Positions 1 through 10,386 of a stretch of DNA of 64,000 bases are shown here, piece by piece (position 1 is the first letter of the stretch; each line of letters opens with the position of its first letter). Position numbers and translations under genes: made by a program. Source of the DNA: an uncultured delta proteobacterium (lineage in GTDB: Bacteria; Desulfobacterota; Desulfomonilia; UBA1062); assembly GCA_963752595.1 (NCBI GenBank), contig CAVVYZ010000020.1:96001-160000 (forward strand), written 5' to 3'. The notes below the pieces were generated by a model that did not search any database, was not told the origin of the DNA, and was given only the letters and a program-made list of their open reading frames with translations.

Positions 1-354
1 CGGCTCATCGGTGTCGATGCTCCGGAAGTCGACTCGCCGTACGCAAAAAAAGAGCCCGGGGGCGATGAGAGCAAGGCGTACCTGATGAATCTTCTCGCCG
101 GCAAAAAGGTCTCCATCAGGGTGGGAGAAGATCCGAAAGACCGCTTCGGCAGGACCCTGGCCTATGTCTATGTGGGGGACGTTCTCGTAAACGGCCGCAT
201 CATCAGGGACGGTTTTGCACAGGTGTATGAGAAATTCGACTATGAATACAAGGACCTCTTCAAGGCTTACGAGCAGGAGGCCAGGACGAGGGGAATCGGC
301 ATCTGGCAGGGGGAAACACCGGCGCCGGATTTCAGGGGTAAGGGTTCAGACTAG
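1..354 (+). CDS. Thermonuclease (SNase-like) family protein, 5' partial
   Basis: Frame open from base 1: RLIGVDAPE...DRFGRTLAYVY...EQEARTRGIGIW, typical SNase motifs. Confidence 0.9.
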   Translation, partial: RLIGVDAPEVDSPYAKKEPGGDESKAYLMNLLAGKKVSIRVGEDPKDRFGRTLAYVYVGDVLVNGRIIRDGFAQVYEKFDYEYKDLFKAYEQEARTRGIGIWQGETPAPDFRGKGSD

Positions 355-375
355 CCGGCTCTCTCCTTAGCGGCA

Positions 376-651
376 TCACGCATACCGGTTTTTCCGTGCC
401 GAGCCGATGAAAAGCAGGATCAGCCCCAGTACGATAAGGGCGAGAAAGAGCGGGCAGGATTCGAATGCATGAATAATCTGCGGGCTCGCATAGATCTGAT
501 CCCGGACGGCATCAGGCCCCTTATCCACGAGAGTGAGTATGGTATACTGTGTCCGGTCATTCTGCATCAGGTACATGATTCCCTGGTAAAACATCAGACA
601 AACCCCTCCGACAGAACCCGCGATGCCGGCAAGGAAGAATATATTTTCCAC
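376..651 (-). CDS. Small hypothetical membrane protein
   Basis: 91-aa ORF with two hydrophobic segments; GAGG RBS upstream. Confidence 0.6.
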   Translation of the reverse strand: MENIFFLAGIAGSVGGVCLMFYQGIMYLMQNDRTQYTILTLVDKGPDAVRDQIYASPQIIHAFESCPLFLALIVLGLILLFIGSARKNRYA

Positions 652-880
652 GGCCCCTCCCGTATAAGAACTTGATCACACCTTGGTTCCTATACCATAC
701 TTCCCGGAGCGAGGGAACACAGTCGGACGGTAAACAGAGATTATCATGCAAGGCTATGATCACAAGAGGTTTTCCCGGATATTTGCATCACATACGATAT
801 TAACATGAAACTCTTGCATTAATTCCCATATTCAACTATCTTTCGCTTCTACATTTACATTGTCCGAGAAGGAGAAGTTC

Positions 881-2745
881 ATGCTTACGTATATGAGAAA
901 TCGATCCCAAAAATGGGTCAAGATAGTCGTATTCGGGATCATCATATTGGTCTTTGTATTGTGGGGGGGAGCTCATACTTGGGCAACGAGACGAACAAAG
1001 TTGCCAAGATCGACCGGCATATTGTCACGGTCACCCAGTATTCGAAGGCTTACCAGGATGCCTTGAAGCTCTACCAGAGCAAGCTCGGTGATAACCTGAC
1101 GCCCGATATGATCAAACAGCTCGATCTCAAGGAAAAGGTGCTCGATCAGCTCATCGATGATTATATCCTGGATATCCAGGCGAAAAAGCTAGGCATAAGC
1201 ATTTCCGATGAAGAGCTCCAGAAGGCCATCAGGGAGTTCCAGCCTTTCCAGCAGGACGGTCAGTTCAGTGCGGACAATTACCGGAGAATCCTCCAGTACC
1301 AGAGGCTCACCCCCGGCGAGTTCGAAGAAATGCAGAGAAAGGAACTCCTCAGGCAGAGGGTTTATGCGATGGTTGCCGAAAACGTCATCGTATCGCCCGA
1401 AGAGGCATCATCTTTTTACAAGTATCAGAACGATACCTTTGATCTCAATTACCTGACCATCAATGCTCAGGCATTTCTGAAAGACATAGCCGTAAGCGAT
1501 TCCGAGGCCGGGATCTACTATGATAAGAACAAGGAAAAATACAAGATCCCTCCCAAGATAACCCTTTCCTATATCGATTTTCCTGCAGCCGGATATATGA
1601 ATGACGTATCCGTGAGCATTGACGAGGCAAGAAGTTATTATGATTCCCACAAGGACGAGTTCACCTCGAAGACGCAGGTCCACGGCAGACACATCCTCTT
1701 GCGGGTTTCTCAAGGGGACAGCGAGGCCGTGATCCGGCAGAAACAGGAAGCTGCACAGAAGATCTATGAGGAGATAAAGGCAGGAGGAGACTTTGCCGCC
1801 CTTGCCGGCAAGTATTCAGAAGATCCGGGGACGAATTTTACCGGCGGAGACATAGGCCTTGTTCCCAAGGACAGTCTGCCCGAACCCATGGGCGATACGC
1901 TTTATAAGATGACGCCTGGAGAGGTTGCCCCCCCGGTTCGAACGAGCCTGGGTTTCCACATCCTCAAGCTCGAAGGCAAGGAAGAAGGAAAGGCGTCCAC
2001 TTTTGAAGAGGCGTCTCCCATGATCATCGGGAATATGAAAACCCAGCGGGCAAAAATTCTTGCAGGGGATGAAGCCAACAACTCATTCAAGGATCTCTAT
2101 GAGCAGGGAAATTCGAATCTTGCAGCGTATGCCCAGGCCAAGGGTCTTCAGGTCAAAGAGCTCGGACCCGTTGCCCAGAATGAGAATATAGGCATTCCCA
2201 ATTCCATAGAGATCACAAAGAGCGCCTTTGGCTATCCCAAGGGAGAGATAGGCTCGGTGGTCGACACCCAGGACGGCTACATGCTCTATATGGTGAAGGA
2301 CAAGATATCGGCACGCATCCCTGAACTCTCCGAGGTCAAGGACAAGATAGTCAACGATTTGAAGATATCGAAGGCTGTGGAGAAGGCAAAGGCATATGCG
2401 GCAAGTATTTCAAAGAACCCTGCCCAGCTGGGCGGTATGCCGCATCTGACCACCGGGGAATTCAAGAGGACGGCATACATGATACCACAGATCGGGATGG
2501 TTGCCGGCATAAAGGACGATCTCGACAAGCTGAAAAGCCCGAAGATCTATACGGAGGCGGGCAAAATCTATATTGTCTGGATCGGCAGGATGCAGGAAGC
2601 CGATGTGAATGCTGCAAGCACGAGCCAGCTCGATAAGGTCAGAAAAGAGCTGCTTTCCCGAAAGAGAGAGATTGCGGTCGAGGACTTCCTGAAAGAGGCG
2701 CGCAAGCAGCACAAGATCGTAAAAGATACAGAGAAGATCATGTAA
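881..2745 (+). CDS. ppiD: PpiD/SurA-type periplasmic peptidyl-prolyl isomerase (frameshift in G-run near 965, probably a sequencing error)
   Basis: N-terminal TM MLTYMRNRSQKWVKIVVFGIIILVFVLWG, SurA-N domain, rotamase motif HGRHIL...GGDFAALAGKYSEDPGT...GGDIG. Confidence 0.88.
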
Positions 2746-2773
2746 CGTAAAAACAATCCTGCGAGGAGATAAT

Positions 2774-2812
2774 AAGGGGCCGGGAAAATTGATTTTCCGG
2801 CCCCTTTGTTTT
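2774..2812. terminator. Intrinsic, probably bidirectional, terminator
   Basis: AAGGGGCCGGGAAAAT-TG-ATTTTCCGGCCCCTT hairpin followed by T-rich tract, between convergent genes. Confidence 0.8.
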
Positions 2813-3422
2813 ATGAGATTCCCTGCGTAATCCTTTTATCCTCTCGTCCCGGTGCAGTCCGGTCAGACTCCCTCTCGGCTTCGATCCGGAGCTCTTTATA
2901 GAGCCGGACGAGATCTTCGAAATGATAGAAGGCGTTCAGGCCGCTCGGGCTCGGCAAGACCCAGAGGAAAGTATTGTCCAGCTTTTCATCCTGCCTGCCC
3001 GAAGCCGCTTTCGGACGGCCGAAAGCTATACGGTAGGCCTCAATCCCGGGGAATGCGATGAAACGCGGCATGAATTTCCGGACCTTTAGGGTGAGCTTCT
3101 CCCGGGATTCAATCAGCTCATCTCTCTTCAGGTCTACTGCTCCTGCAGTAGAACGCTCTACGAAATTCGTAATTCCATAGCCCTGCTCGAGGAGTTCCTC
3201 TTCCTCGAAAGGCGATAAGAGCCTAGGCGTAAATCCCGATGCATACAATACCGGCCAGAAACGGTTTCCCGGCCTTGCAAAGTGGCGGCCGACCGCACCG
3301 GAATACAAACCCGGATTGATGCCGCAGAAGAGCACCTTCAAGTGTGGGGCGATTATGTCGGGTATCGTCCTGCCTTCTGCAGCCAGGATTTCTTTTCTGG
3401 TCGGCTTGTACGGCACTTCCAT
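2811..3422 (-). CDS. mug: G/U mismatch-specific DNA glycosylase
   Basis: GINPGLYS, HFARPGNRFW and LPSPSGLNA motifs. Confidence 0.92.
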   Translation of the reverse strand: MEVPYKPTRKEILAAEGRTIPDIIAPHLKVLFCGINPGLYSGAVGRHFARPGNRFWPVLYASGFTPRLLSPFEEEELLEQGYGITNFVERSTAGAVDLKRDELIESREKLTLKVRKFMPRFIAFPGIEAYRIAFGRPKAASGRQDEKLDNTFLWVLPSPSGLNAFYHFEDLVRLYKELRIEAERESDRTAPGREDKRITQGIS

Positions 3423-3427
3423 GGTTT

Positions 3428-4378
3428 TCAGGCCTGAATGAATCCTTTCAAAAAGAAGATGAGATACAACACAATCAGAAACACGCCTCCCAATCGGGGT
3501 ACCTTTTGCATCATCATGAAGATCGAGATGACGAGCGTCGTCATGATGCATAGAGGAAGGTAGAAGACGAGGACCGGATGGCTGACAGGGAGAGGTTTGA
3601 TGGAAGCAATGATCCCTCCGTTAAACAGGAAGAAGGCCAGTATTGCTCCGATGATACCCTCATAGCTGACCTCCGCCTTTTTTTTCAGTGCAGCCGGAAG
3701 CTCTCTCACGAGCTCTTCAAGGCCCACCACGAGGGCAAGGATAGTCATGCCGAAAACCGTGTCGGAAAGCCTGAAACGGCTGATGATGGCTTCTGATCCT
3801 GCCACAAGCATTTCACTGCCGATAATTATTGCGATAACCGAAATGACTATCAGCGAAACGGACTCCCGCCTGCTGAATGTAACTCCCTTTTCCAGGATTG
3901 CGAGGACCTCACCGGTGGGCTTTATATCGAGCCCCCGTTTGCTCAAGCGTAAAATATAAAGGACCGAAAGGACGAATCCGAGCAGCAGTACCGAGCCGTC
4001 CGTCCTTGAAATCAATCCATCAAGTCCCAGCAGGCCGAAAAGGATCTCGGCAAGAACCGGGATGGCAATAACCCGCTTCGGTGCATACTGGAAGGATACC
4101 GGAGACAGCACGGCCCTCAGTCCAAAGGACAGGGCAATGATAACCATCACAGCACCGATAATGGATCCCAGGGCGATTCCTGCCGATCCTGCAAGAGAGC
4201 CTATTACGCCGACAATGAGATTTTCGGGTTCCAGGCCGATGAATATGATGCTGATAATAAGTGATGTTACCCCCAAACCTAAGGAAGTCCCCACAACTCC
4301 TTTTACGAGTTCCTCGGTAAAATAGAAGATCAGGCCGAGCCCGATTACAAAGAGACCTGCAGCTATGGTAAAATCCAA
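3428..4378 (-). CDS. Sodium/calcium exchanger (CaCA, YrbG-like) membrane protein
   Basis: About 10 TM segments in two repeats with alpha-repeat-like motifs (GLEPEN, GLEELVREL). Confidence 0.8.
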   Translation of the reverse strand: MDFTIAAGLFVIGLGLIFYFTEELVKGVVGTSLGLGVTSLIISIIFIGLEPENLIVGVIGSLAGSAGIALGSIIGAVMVIIALSFGLRAVLSPVSFQYAPKRVIAIPVLAEILFGLLGLDGLISRTDGSVLLLGFVLSVLYILRLSKRGLDIKPTGEVLAILEKGVTFSRRESVSLIVISVIAIIIGSEMLVAGSEAIISRFRLSDTVFGMTILALVVGLEELVRELPAALKKKAEVSYEGIIGAILAFFLFNGGIIASIKPLPVSHPVLVFYLPLCIMTTLVISIFMMMQKVPRLGGVFLIVLYLIFFLKGFIQA

Positions 4379-4449
4379 TGAGCCCTCCTTCTTGTCAGGA
4401 TATGGCTGTGAAGGCTTCCGTGATGAGTATGCGCAACATCCGGGGTGCT

Positions 4450-4706
4450 CTATTTCTCAATAACACTGATCTGTCTGCTGCCTTCCATATAGGCTTCCTT
4501 GACCTGGGAAATATCGGCGAAGCCTTTTTTGCGCAGTTTGCTCAGAGGAGATCGGCTATGCTCACCGATCCAGCCTCTCTTTTCATGACGAAACGTATCA
4601 TGAGAAAGAGGAACCAGTATATGATGGTTCCCCGGAGCACGATTTCTGCCAAAGCCATTGTGGGTGAGAAAAGCTCATCCCGGTTAATGTTTAAGAATCC
4701 CCTCAT
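4450..4706 (-). pseudogene. DUF421/YetF-family protein with large internal deletion
   Basis: N-terminus (EIVLRGTIIYWFLF...KREAGSVSIADLL) abuts an out-of-frame C-terminus (LRKKGFADISQVKEAYMEGSRQISVIEK). Confidence 0.7.
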
Positions 4707-5050
4707 GGTTACCTCCAAAAAAGGCCGGGTACCGAACTGAGAATGTCCGTACACTTACCCCTTAAGGCTTAAGACACGTTGCCGTAACGGGCCTTAAGCC
4801 GGAAGCGAGCCGGGGATGCCCGGTCCCTATGAAGTATAATCTCTGAGAAAATACCATGCTCAAGCTTCTTGAAAAACGTCATTTCACTCATCATGAGTGT
4901 TTCATGCAGAACTGGAGAACGAAGCCCTTTCCTCAGCGTGCTGCCAGGACCACCGACCCTCGATCTCCACCTCCGGGGCGATATAACCACCTCCATAAAG
5001 GCCGACTGTCGATTTTCTGTGCTGTTCTGTCAAGGTGAACCGGTAAGGGG

Positions 5051-5626
5051 TTATCTCGTAAAGAGAGCGGCGCGGCTGATGCCGACCCTGGGATTTCCCC
5101 GGAGCGTAAACCCGGTGCCCAGGCAGAGCGCTACTTCAGCATTAAACAGGCTCTCCGATGTATGGATCTTCGGTTCCACCAGGAGATAGGAACCCCCCGG
5201 CTTCAGGAGAGAATACAGATCCTTTACAAAGGCTGCTTTGGCATCCACCTCATGGAGCATCCAGAAGGTGAGGATGAAATCAACCGGGCCTGGGACACCG
5301 GGAGTTCCTTCCCGGGCCAGGACCGGTGTTATCCGCTTGTCCAGGCCGCGCTTTCGCGAACGGCTCATGAGTACATCCAGCATCTTCTGCTGAATATCTA
5401 CGGCAAATACCTTTCCCTTCCCGCCCACGAATTCTGCCATTGCAATGGAGAAATACCCCATGCCGCAGCCTGCATCCATGACATGATCGCCCGGTTTCAC
5501 ATACGGCTTTATGATCACCTTAGGATCGTGGATGAGCTTCCTCAGACGGTGGTCCCATGAATAAGCCAGCCACCAGGGGCAGGTATGATCTTCAAAAAGG
5601 AATAATTTTCTGATAGTTTTCATCAT
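5051..5626 (-). CDS. Class I SAM-dependent methyltransferase
   Basis: HTCPWW N-terminus, VMDAGCGMGYFS motif I. Confidence 0.88.
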   Translation of the reverse strand: MMKTIRKLFLFEDHTCPWWLAYSWDHRLRKLIHDPKVIIKPYVKPGDHVMDAGCGMGYFSIAMAEFVGGKGKVFAVDIQQKMLDVLMSRSRKRGLDKRITPVLAREGTPGVPGPVDFILTFWMLHEVDAKAAFVKDLYSLLKPGGSYLLVEPKIHTSESLFNAEVALCLGTGFTLRGNPRVGISRAALFTR

Positions 5627-5839
5627 GGCCGATCTCCTGGATAACATCTGGAACCGACTACCTGCAGACGGGAGCTCTTTAGAAGCCCGAGCCTGCCCGA
5701 AAGTGCCCTTAATCGTCCGGTCTTTACCATATGTGCCGAGGAACACGAGATATCCGGTATCCTCCCTTTGGTGTTTCACCTCTACTCTATAGCATATTGT
5801 ATTGACAGCTCAAAATCCATGCGGTAACTGACCTGTTGC

Positions 5840-5966
5840 AACACGCCGAATCCCTGTATCACAGGGAACGGGGGACCCAATGAGCAGGGGCGTACCGCTT
5901 AACAAGCGTAAGGGCAAACTCTTCGGCCCGAGCCCGTCAGCTAACCTCGCAGGCGTCGAGGAGTGA
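5840..5966 (+). ncRNA. c-di-AMP (ydaO/yuaA) riboswitch
   Basis: GCCGAATCC...GGAACGGGGGACCCA...AGGGG...AGGG...CCCGAGCCCGTCAGCTAACCTCGCAGGCG fits the ydaO consensus; directly upstream of a K+ transporter. Confidence 0.9.
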
Positions 5967-6020
5967 GACCTTCCGATATCCGGAGGCCTTGCCCCATAAA
6001 AAGGTTTTGGAGGGTCGGTA

Positions 6021-7952
6021 ATGAATGGTTCCGCGGTATCCGAGTCGGCTTCGCTCGATTCTACAAACGGCCGGCAACCGGCTACTCCGCGTGCATGGAA
6101 TTTTCCCCTGATCATAGGCACCCTGGGCGTCGTGTATGGAGACATCGGGACGAGCCCGCTGTACGCTATCAGGGAGTGTTTCTCCGGGACCCATGCGATC
6201 CCGGCGACTGAGAGCAACATATTCGGAATCATCTCTCTCGTATTCTGGACACTGATCGTCGTAGTATGCTTCAAATACATCATATTTCTGCTTCGTGCCG
6301 ACAATAAGGGCGAGGGCGGGATATTTTCCCTGCTTGCCCTCGCAAGGTCGGGTGAGGGCAGTAAAGCTTCCCGTTCCTATTCGGTTGTTGTTCTGGCAGC
6401 CATCTTCGGAGCTGCGCTCATTTACGGCGACGGTGTCATAACCCCCGCCATTTCGGTCCTCTCCGCCATGGAAGGTCTCGAGGTGGCCACCACGGCATTG
6501 TCGCCTTTGGTGGTGCCTCTTACGTGCGTCGTGCTCCTGACGCTGTTTCTCGTTCAGAAATCCGGCACATACGGCGTGGGGAGGGTGTTCGGACCCATTA
6601 TGTTCGTCTGGTTCATTACAATTGCTATCCTCGGCCTGAAAGAAGTCATCCGGAATCCGGAGATTTTTCTGGCAATCAATCCCCTTTATATTCATGATTT
6701 TTTCGCTGCGAACAAGTTTCACGGCATGGTCGTCCTGGGCTCGGTGGTGCTCGTCATTACGGGGTGTGAGGACCTCTACCTGGACCTGGGGCATTTCGGG
6801 AGGAGATCGATCCGGGTGTCATGGTTTTCGTTCGTTTTTCCCGCATTATTCCTCAACTATTTAGGGCAGGGGGCCCTGCTTCTGGATCATCCGGAGAAGG
6901 CGTTCAACCCCTTCTACGGCCTCGTCCCCCATATGCTCATCTATCCCATGGTTGCGCTTTCGACCGTGGCAGCGGTAATTGCTTCGCAGGCGCTCATCTC
7001 AGGGGCCTTTTCCCTTACCCAGCAGGCCATCCAGCTCGGGTACTCCCCGCGCCTGCGCATCATTCACACCTCGCCGGACACGAGAGGGCAGATCTATATC
7101 CCCATCGTGAATTACGCCCTGATGGTCGCGTGTATCGGCGTCGTGCTGGCGTTCAAGGGATCAAGCGGCCTGGCCGGCGCGTACGGCATCGCCGTCACGG
7201 CAACGATGACTATTACATCGATCATCTATCTGTTCGTTGTGGTGAAAGTCTGGAGGTGGTCTCCATGGAAGGCTGTACCCCTGGTCGGACTTTTCCTCGC
7301 CTTTGATATTTCCTATTTCGGAACGAATCTGCTGAAGTTTCTCCAGGGCGGGTGGTTTCCCCTGGCTGTTGCAGCAATCGTCATGATCGCCATGACAACG
7401 TGGAAAGAAGGACGCTACCAACTCGGACAAAAGCTCCGGCAAAGCCGGTTTCCCATCAATCTCTTCCTTGACGACCTGAGGGTCCATGATCTCCAGAGGG
7501 TGAGGGGCACAGCCGTTTTCCTGACTGTGTCACCGGAGGGTACGCCCCCGGCCCTTCTTCATCATGTGAAGCACAACCATGTGCTGCATGAGAAGGTGAT
7601 CCTCTTCACGATCGTAACCGCAGATACCCCGACGGTAAAGAATTTCGAGCGGGTTACGGTCGATGATCTGGGACAGGGCTTCTTCCGCCTCATCTGCAGG
7701 TACGGATTCATGGAAAAGCCGGACGTGCCGAGCATCATGGGGCTTGCCTCCAGGCTCGGGCTCAAGGTCGATCCTGCGGTAACCACCTTCTATATGGGGA
7801 GGGAGACATTGCTTACCTCAGGGAATTCACGGATGGCAGGATGGCGGAAAGAGCTTTTTTCCTTCCTGGCGCGGAATGCCCAGACCCCCATGGCTTATTT
7901 CGGGATCCCGCCGAACCGGGTGATCGAGATCGGGGCCCAGATCGAACTGTAA
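6021..7952 (+). CDS. kup: KUP/HAK/KT potassium transporter
   Basis: GVVYGDIGTSPLY, ADNKGEGG, YGDGVITPAISVLSA motifs; 643 aa. Confidence 0.97.
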   Translation: MNGSAVSESASLDSTNGRQPATPRAWNFPLIIGTLGVVYGDIGTSPLYAIRECFSGTHAIPATESNIFGIISLVFWTLIVVVCFKYIIFLLRADNKGEGGIFSLLALARSGEGSKASRSYSVVVLAAIFGAALIYGDGVITPAISVLSAMEGLEVATTALSPLVVPLTCVVLLTLFLVQKSGTYGVGRVFGPIMFVWFITIAILGLKEVIRNPEIFLAINPLYIHDFFAANKFHGMVVLGSVVLVITGCEDLYLDLGHFGRRSIRVSWFSFVFPALFLNYLGQGALLLDHPEKAFNPFYGLVPHMLIYPMVALSTVAAVIASQALISGAFSLTQQAIQLGYSPRLRIIHTSPDTRGQIYIPIVNYALMVACIGVVLAFKGSSGLAGAYGIAVTATMTITSIIYLFVVVKVWRWSPWKAVPLVGLFLAFDISYFGTNLLKFLQGGWFPLAVAAIVMIAMTTWKEGRYQLGQKLRQSRFPINLFLDDLRVHDLQRVRGTAVFLTVSPEGTPPALLHHVKHNHVLHEKVILFTIVTADTPTVKNFERVTVDDLGQGFFRLICRYGFMEKPDVPSIMGLASRLGLKVDPAVTTFYMGRETLLTSGNSRMAGWRKELFSFLARNAQTPMAYFGIPPNRVIEIGAQIEL

Positions 7953-8006
7953 AAGAGGAAGCTGCCCGGCTCAAGGCATGGGCCGCAGGCGATGTGTAGA
8001 GCCGGC

Positions 8007-8231
8007 CTACTCCCTGGTCCATTTAATCTGGAACTCGATCTCTTCTTCCTTTCCTTCCCGCTCATGCTCGATGGTGAATGTGGACCCCGCAGGCACTAAT
8101 ACGCGTTCACCCGAAATCCGGATCTCGAACCTTCTGCCCTGCTCGATGGTATCGGCCAGCCTGCGCAGCTTGGCTACGAACTGTAAATTGGAATAAGTTA
8201 TTTCGATGTCGCGGTCTTTCTTATTGCCCAT
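8007..8231 (-). CDS. Amphi-Trp domain protein
   Basis: FVAKLRRLADTIEQG...IEHERE...EIEFQIKW signature. Confidence 0.85.
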   Translation of the reverse strand: MGNKKDRDIEITYSNLQFVAKLRRLADTIEQGRRFEIRISGERVLVPAGSTFTIEHEREGKEEEIEFQIKWTRE

Positions 8232-8253
8232 ATCTCATTCCTCCTGGAGTTTG

Positions 8254-9237
8254 TTATAAAAATAAGGCTGCTAGGCTGAAATAGAACAGCAGTGTTGTTA
8301 TATCTGCAATCGCAAGCGTTACAGGGCCTGCGGCAATCTTCGGGTCGAGCTTGAGCCCGTGCAGCAGAGCCGGAATGCTCAGGCCGAACAGGCACGCCGC
8401 GCTTATGGCCAGGACGATGCTCGATCCGATGGAGAATGCCGCTACGCCCGCCCCGAACCAGAACCAGACAATGAGGCCTACGAGAGTTCCGCAGGCAGAC
8501 CCGAGGAGCAGTGCCGTCCCGATCTCACGGCGCACGGCCCGGAAATACCAGGCGAACGTCGGCTGCACCGAGCGCAGTGTCTGAATCGTGACTGTCATGG
8601 ACTGCATGGCGACGCTCTCGCCCAGCCCCAGTATCAGCGTGAGGAAAAAGGCCAGAATGATGCTTCTTGCGATCGTGATCTCAAAGGCGCTGGAAAGCAT
8701 GGCACTGATGGTCCCGCTTGCGATGGTGGCAAGCAGCCATGGTATGCGGAAGCGGAAGGCATTGAAGGCCGATGCGCCGCGCACCTGCGACATATGGAAA
8801 CCGATGGACTCGAAGATCTCTTCCAGATGCTCCCTCTCGGCAAGGTCGAACACTTCATCCGTAAAAAGTTTTACGTCAATGACTCCCATGATCCTGTGCT
8901 CGTCATCCACCACAGGGAATGCCAGGAACTTGTACAGGACGAACATCTCGCACGCATCCATAACCGTAGCCGTATGCGGCACGGTCACGATACGGGTTAT
9001 CATGATCTCGGACAGCCGCTGGTCCAGTTCAGCGCTCAGCAGCCGCCGGGCAGGCAAAACTCCGGTGAGCCTGTCCTCTTCGTCTACCACGTAGAAATAA
9101 ACGATCCTCTCGCCGAAATCCTGCCTGCGGATAGTCTTTAAGGCCTGCTGCACGGTCAATTCCTGAGATAAGGTGATGAAATCCTTGTGTGCAACTGCGG
9201 TAACCTGCTGGCTTAAATGACCTATCCCGTTTGTCAT
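8254..9237 (-). CDS. mgtE: MgtE-family Mg2+ transporter (CBS pair plus membrane domain, no N-domain)
   Basis: YFYVVDEEDRLTGV CBS, RIPWLL, LKLDPKIAAGPVTLAIAD. Confidence 0.85.
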   Translation of the reverse strand: MTNGIGHLSQQVTAVAHKDFITLSQELTVQQALKTIRRQDFGERIVYFYVVDEEDRLTGVLPARRLLSAELDQRLSEIMITRIVTVPHTATVMDACEMFVLYKFLAFPVVDDEHRIMGVIDVKLFTDEVFDLAEREHLEEIFESIGFHMSQVRGASAFNAFRFRIPWLLATIASGTISAMLSSAFEITIARSIILAFFLTLILGLGESVAMQSMTVTIQTLRSVQPTFAWYFRAVRREIGTALLLGSACGTLVGLIVWFWFGAGVAAFSIGSSIVLAISAACLFGLSIPALLHGLKLDPKIAAGPVTLAIADITTLLFYFSLAALFL

Positions 9238-9329
9238 GACGGACCGCTCCTTCCACATCCGGGATGTGTATATATGTTAAGATTATTGAAGGCTTAAGAA
9301 CCCGCATAAAGATCCGAGACTCTGCCTGA

Positions 9330-10313
9330 TCATCCGATTCCTATTCTTTCTTTGGCAAGGGCCAGAGTGTATTCCGCTGCAGGGCGAACCTTGGATGCGC
9401 CTTCAGCTAATATTCTGTTAATATATGGAGGGTCGGAGGTCAACCTATGATATCGGGACTGCAGGGGTGCAAGCCCTTCGATGATCGCTTCTGCCAGTTC
9501 TTCCTTGAGCGTTGAATAGCCTTTCCCTTCGAACCTCCTCTCTATCGCCGTTCTGTCCAGTCCGGTAAAAAGTTCGTAAATCACCAGGAGGTTGTGGATA
9601 CCTGGCCGATTCTCATCGAACCTGATCTCGCGTAGCGAATCCGTGGTCGCTCTTCTCACTTTCGAGCGTATGAGATCCGGAGGGTCCAGCAACCCGATGC
9701 TGTGGCCATCCTGCGGGCCGCTCTTGCTCATTTTCCGTGCGGGGTCCACCAGGTCCATGATCCGTGCACCCCTTTCCGGAATGACTGCCTCGGGTATGTT
9801 GAATGTTTCTCCATAGATGGCATTGAAACGCCGGGCAACATCCCGTGTCAGCTCGACATGCTGCCTCTGATCCTCGCCTACGGGCACGAGGTCGGTGCCG
9901 TACAGGAGGATGTCTGCTGCCATGAGGGCAGGGTAGACGAAGAGGCCGGTGCTTACCTGAGCTTTCTGTCTGACCGATTTCTCCTTGAACTGGGTCATGC
10001 GCTGCATCCACCCTAGGGGTATGAAGCAGTTCAGTATCCAGGCCAGCTCGGCGTGAGCGCTTATCTGCGATTGGACAAAGAGCGAGGACATGCCGGGGTC
10101 AATCCCGGCGGCAAGGAGCAGCGCTGCCGTCTCACGAATGCTGCTCCTCAATGCCCCCGGGTCTCGAGGGATTGTAATGGCGTGCAGGTCAACGATGCAG
10201 AAGATATTCTCATGGCCGGTCTGCGACATCACCCAGTTCCGGATAGCTGCCAGATAATTGCCGATATGGAGCGCGCCCGTCGGCTGTATCCCTGAAAAGA
10301 CCCGTTTCTTCAT
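9330..10313 (-). CDS. trpS: Tryptophan--tRNA ligase
   Basis: SGIQPTGALHIGNY (HIGH), YPALMAADILLY, VPVGEDQRQH, KMSKS. Confidence 0.97.
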   Translation of the reverse strand: MKKRVFSGIQPTGALHIGNYLAAIRNWVMSQTGHENIFCIVDLHAITIPRDPGALRSSIRETAALLLAAGIDPGMSSLFVQSQISAHAELAWILNCFIPLGWMQRMTQFKEKSVRQKAQVSTGLFVYPALMAADILLYGTDLVPVGEDQRQHVELTRDVARRFNAIYGETFNIPEAVIPERGARIMDLVDPARKMSKSGPQDGHSIGLLDPPDLIRSKVRRATTDSLREIRFDENRPGIHNLLVIYELFTGLDRTAIERRFEGKGYSTLKEELAEAIIEGLAPLQSRYHRLTSDPPYINRILAEGASKVRPAAEYTLALAKERIGIG

Positions 10314-10386
10314 GGAGAATGCACCACCTGTTATACATAGTGGCACCGGTATGGCAAAAAAAAATATCCGGATGAGGTGCGGTTTC

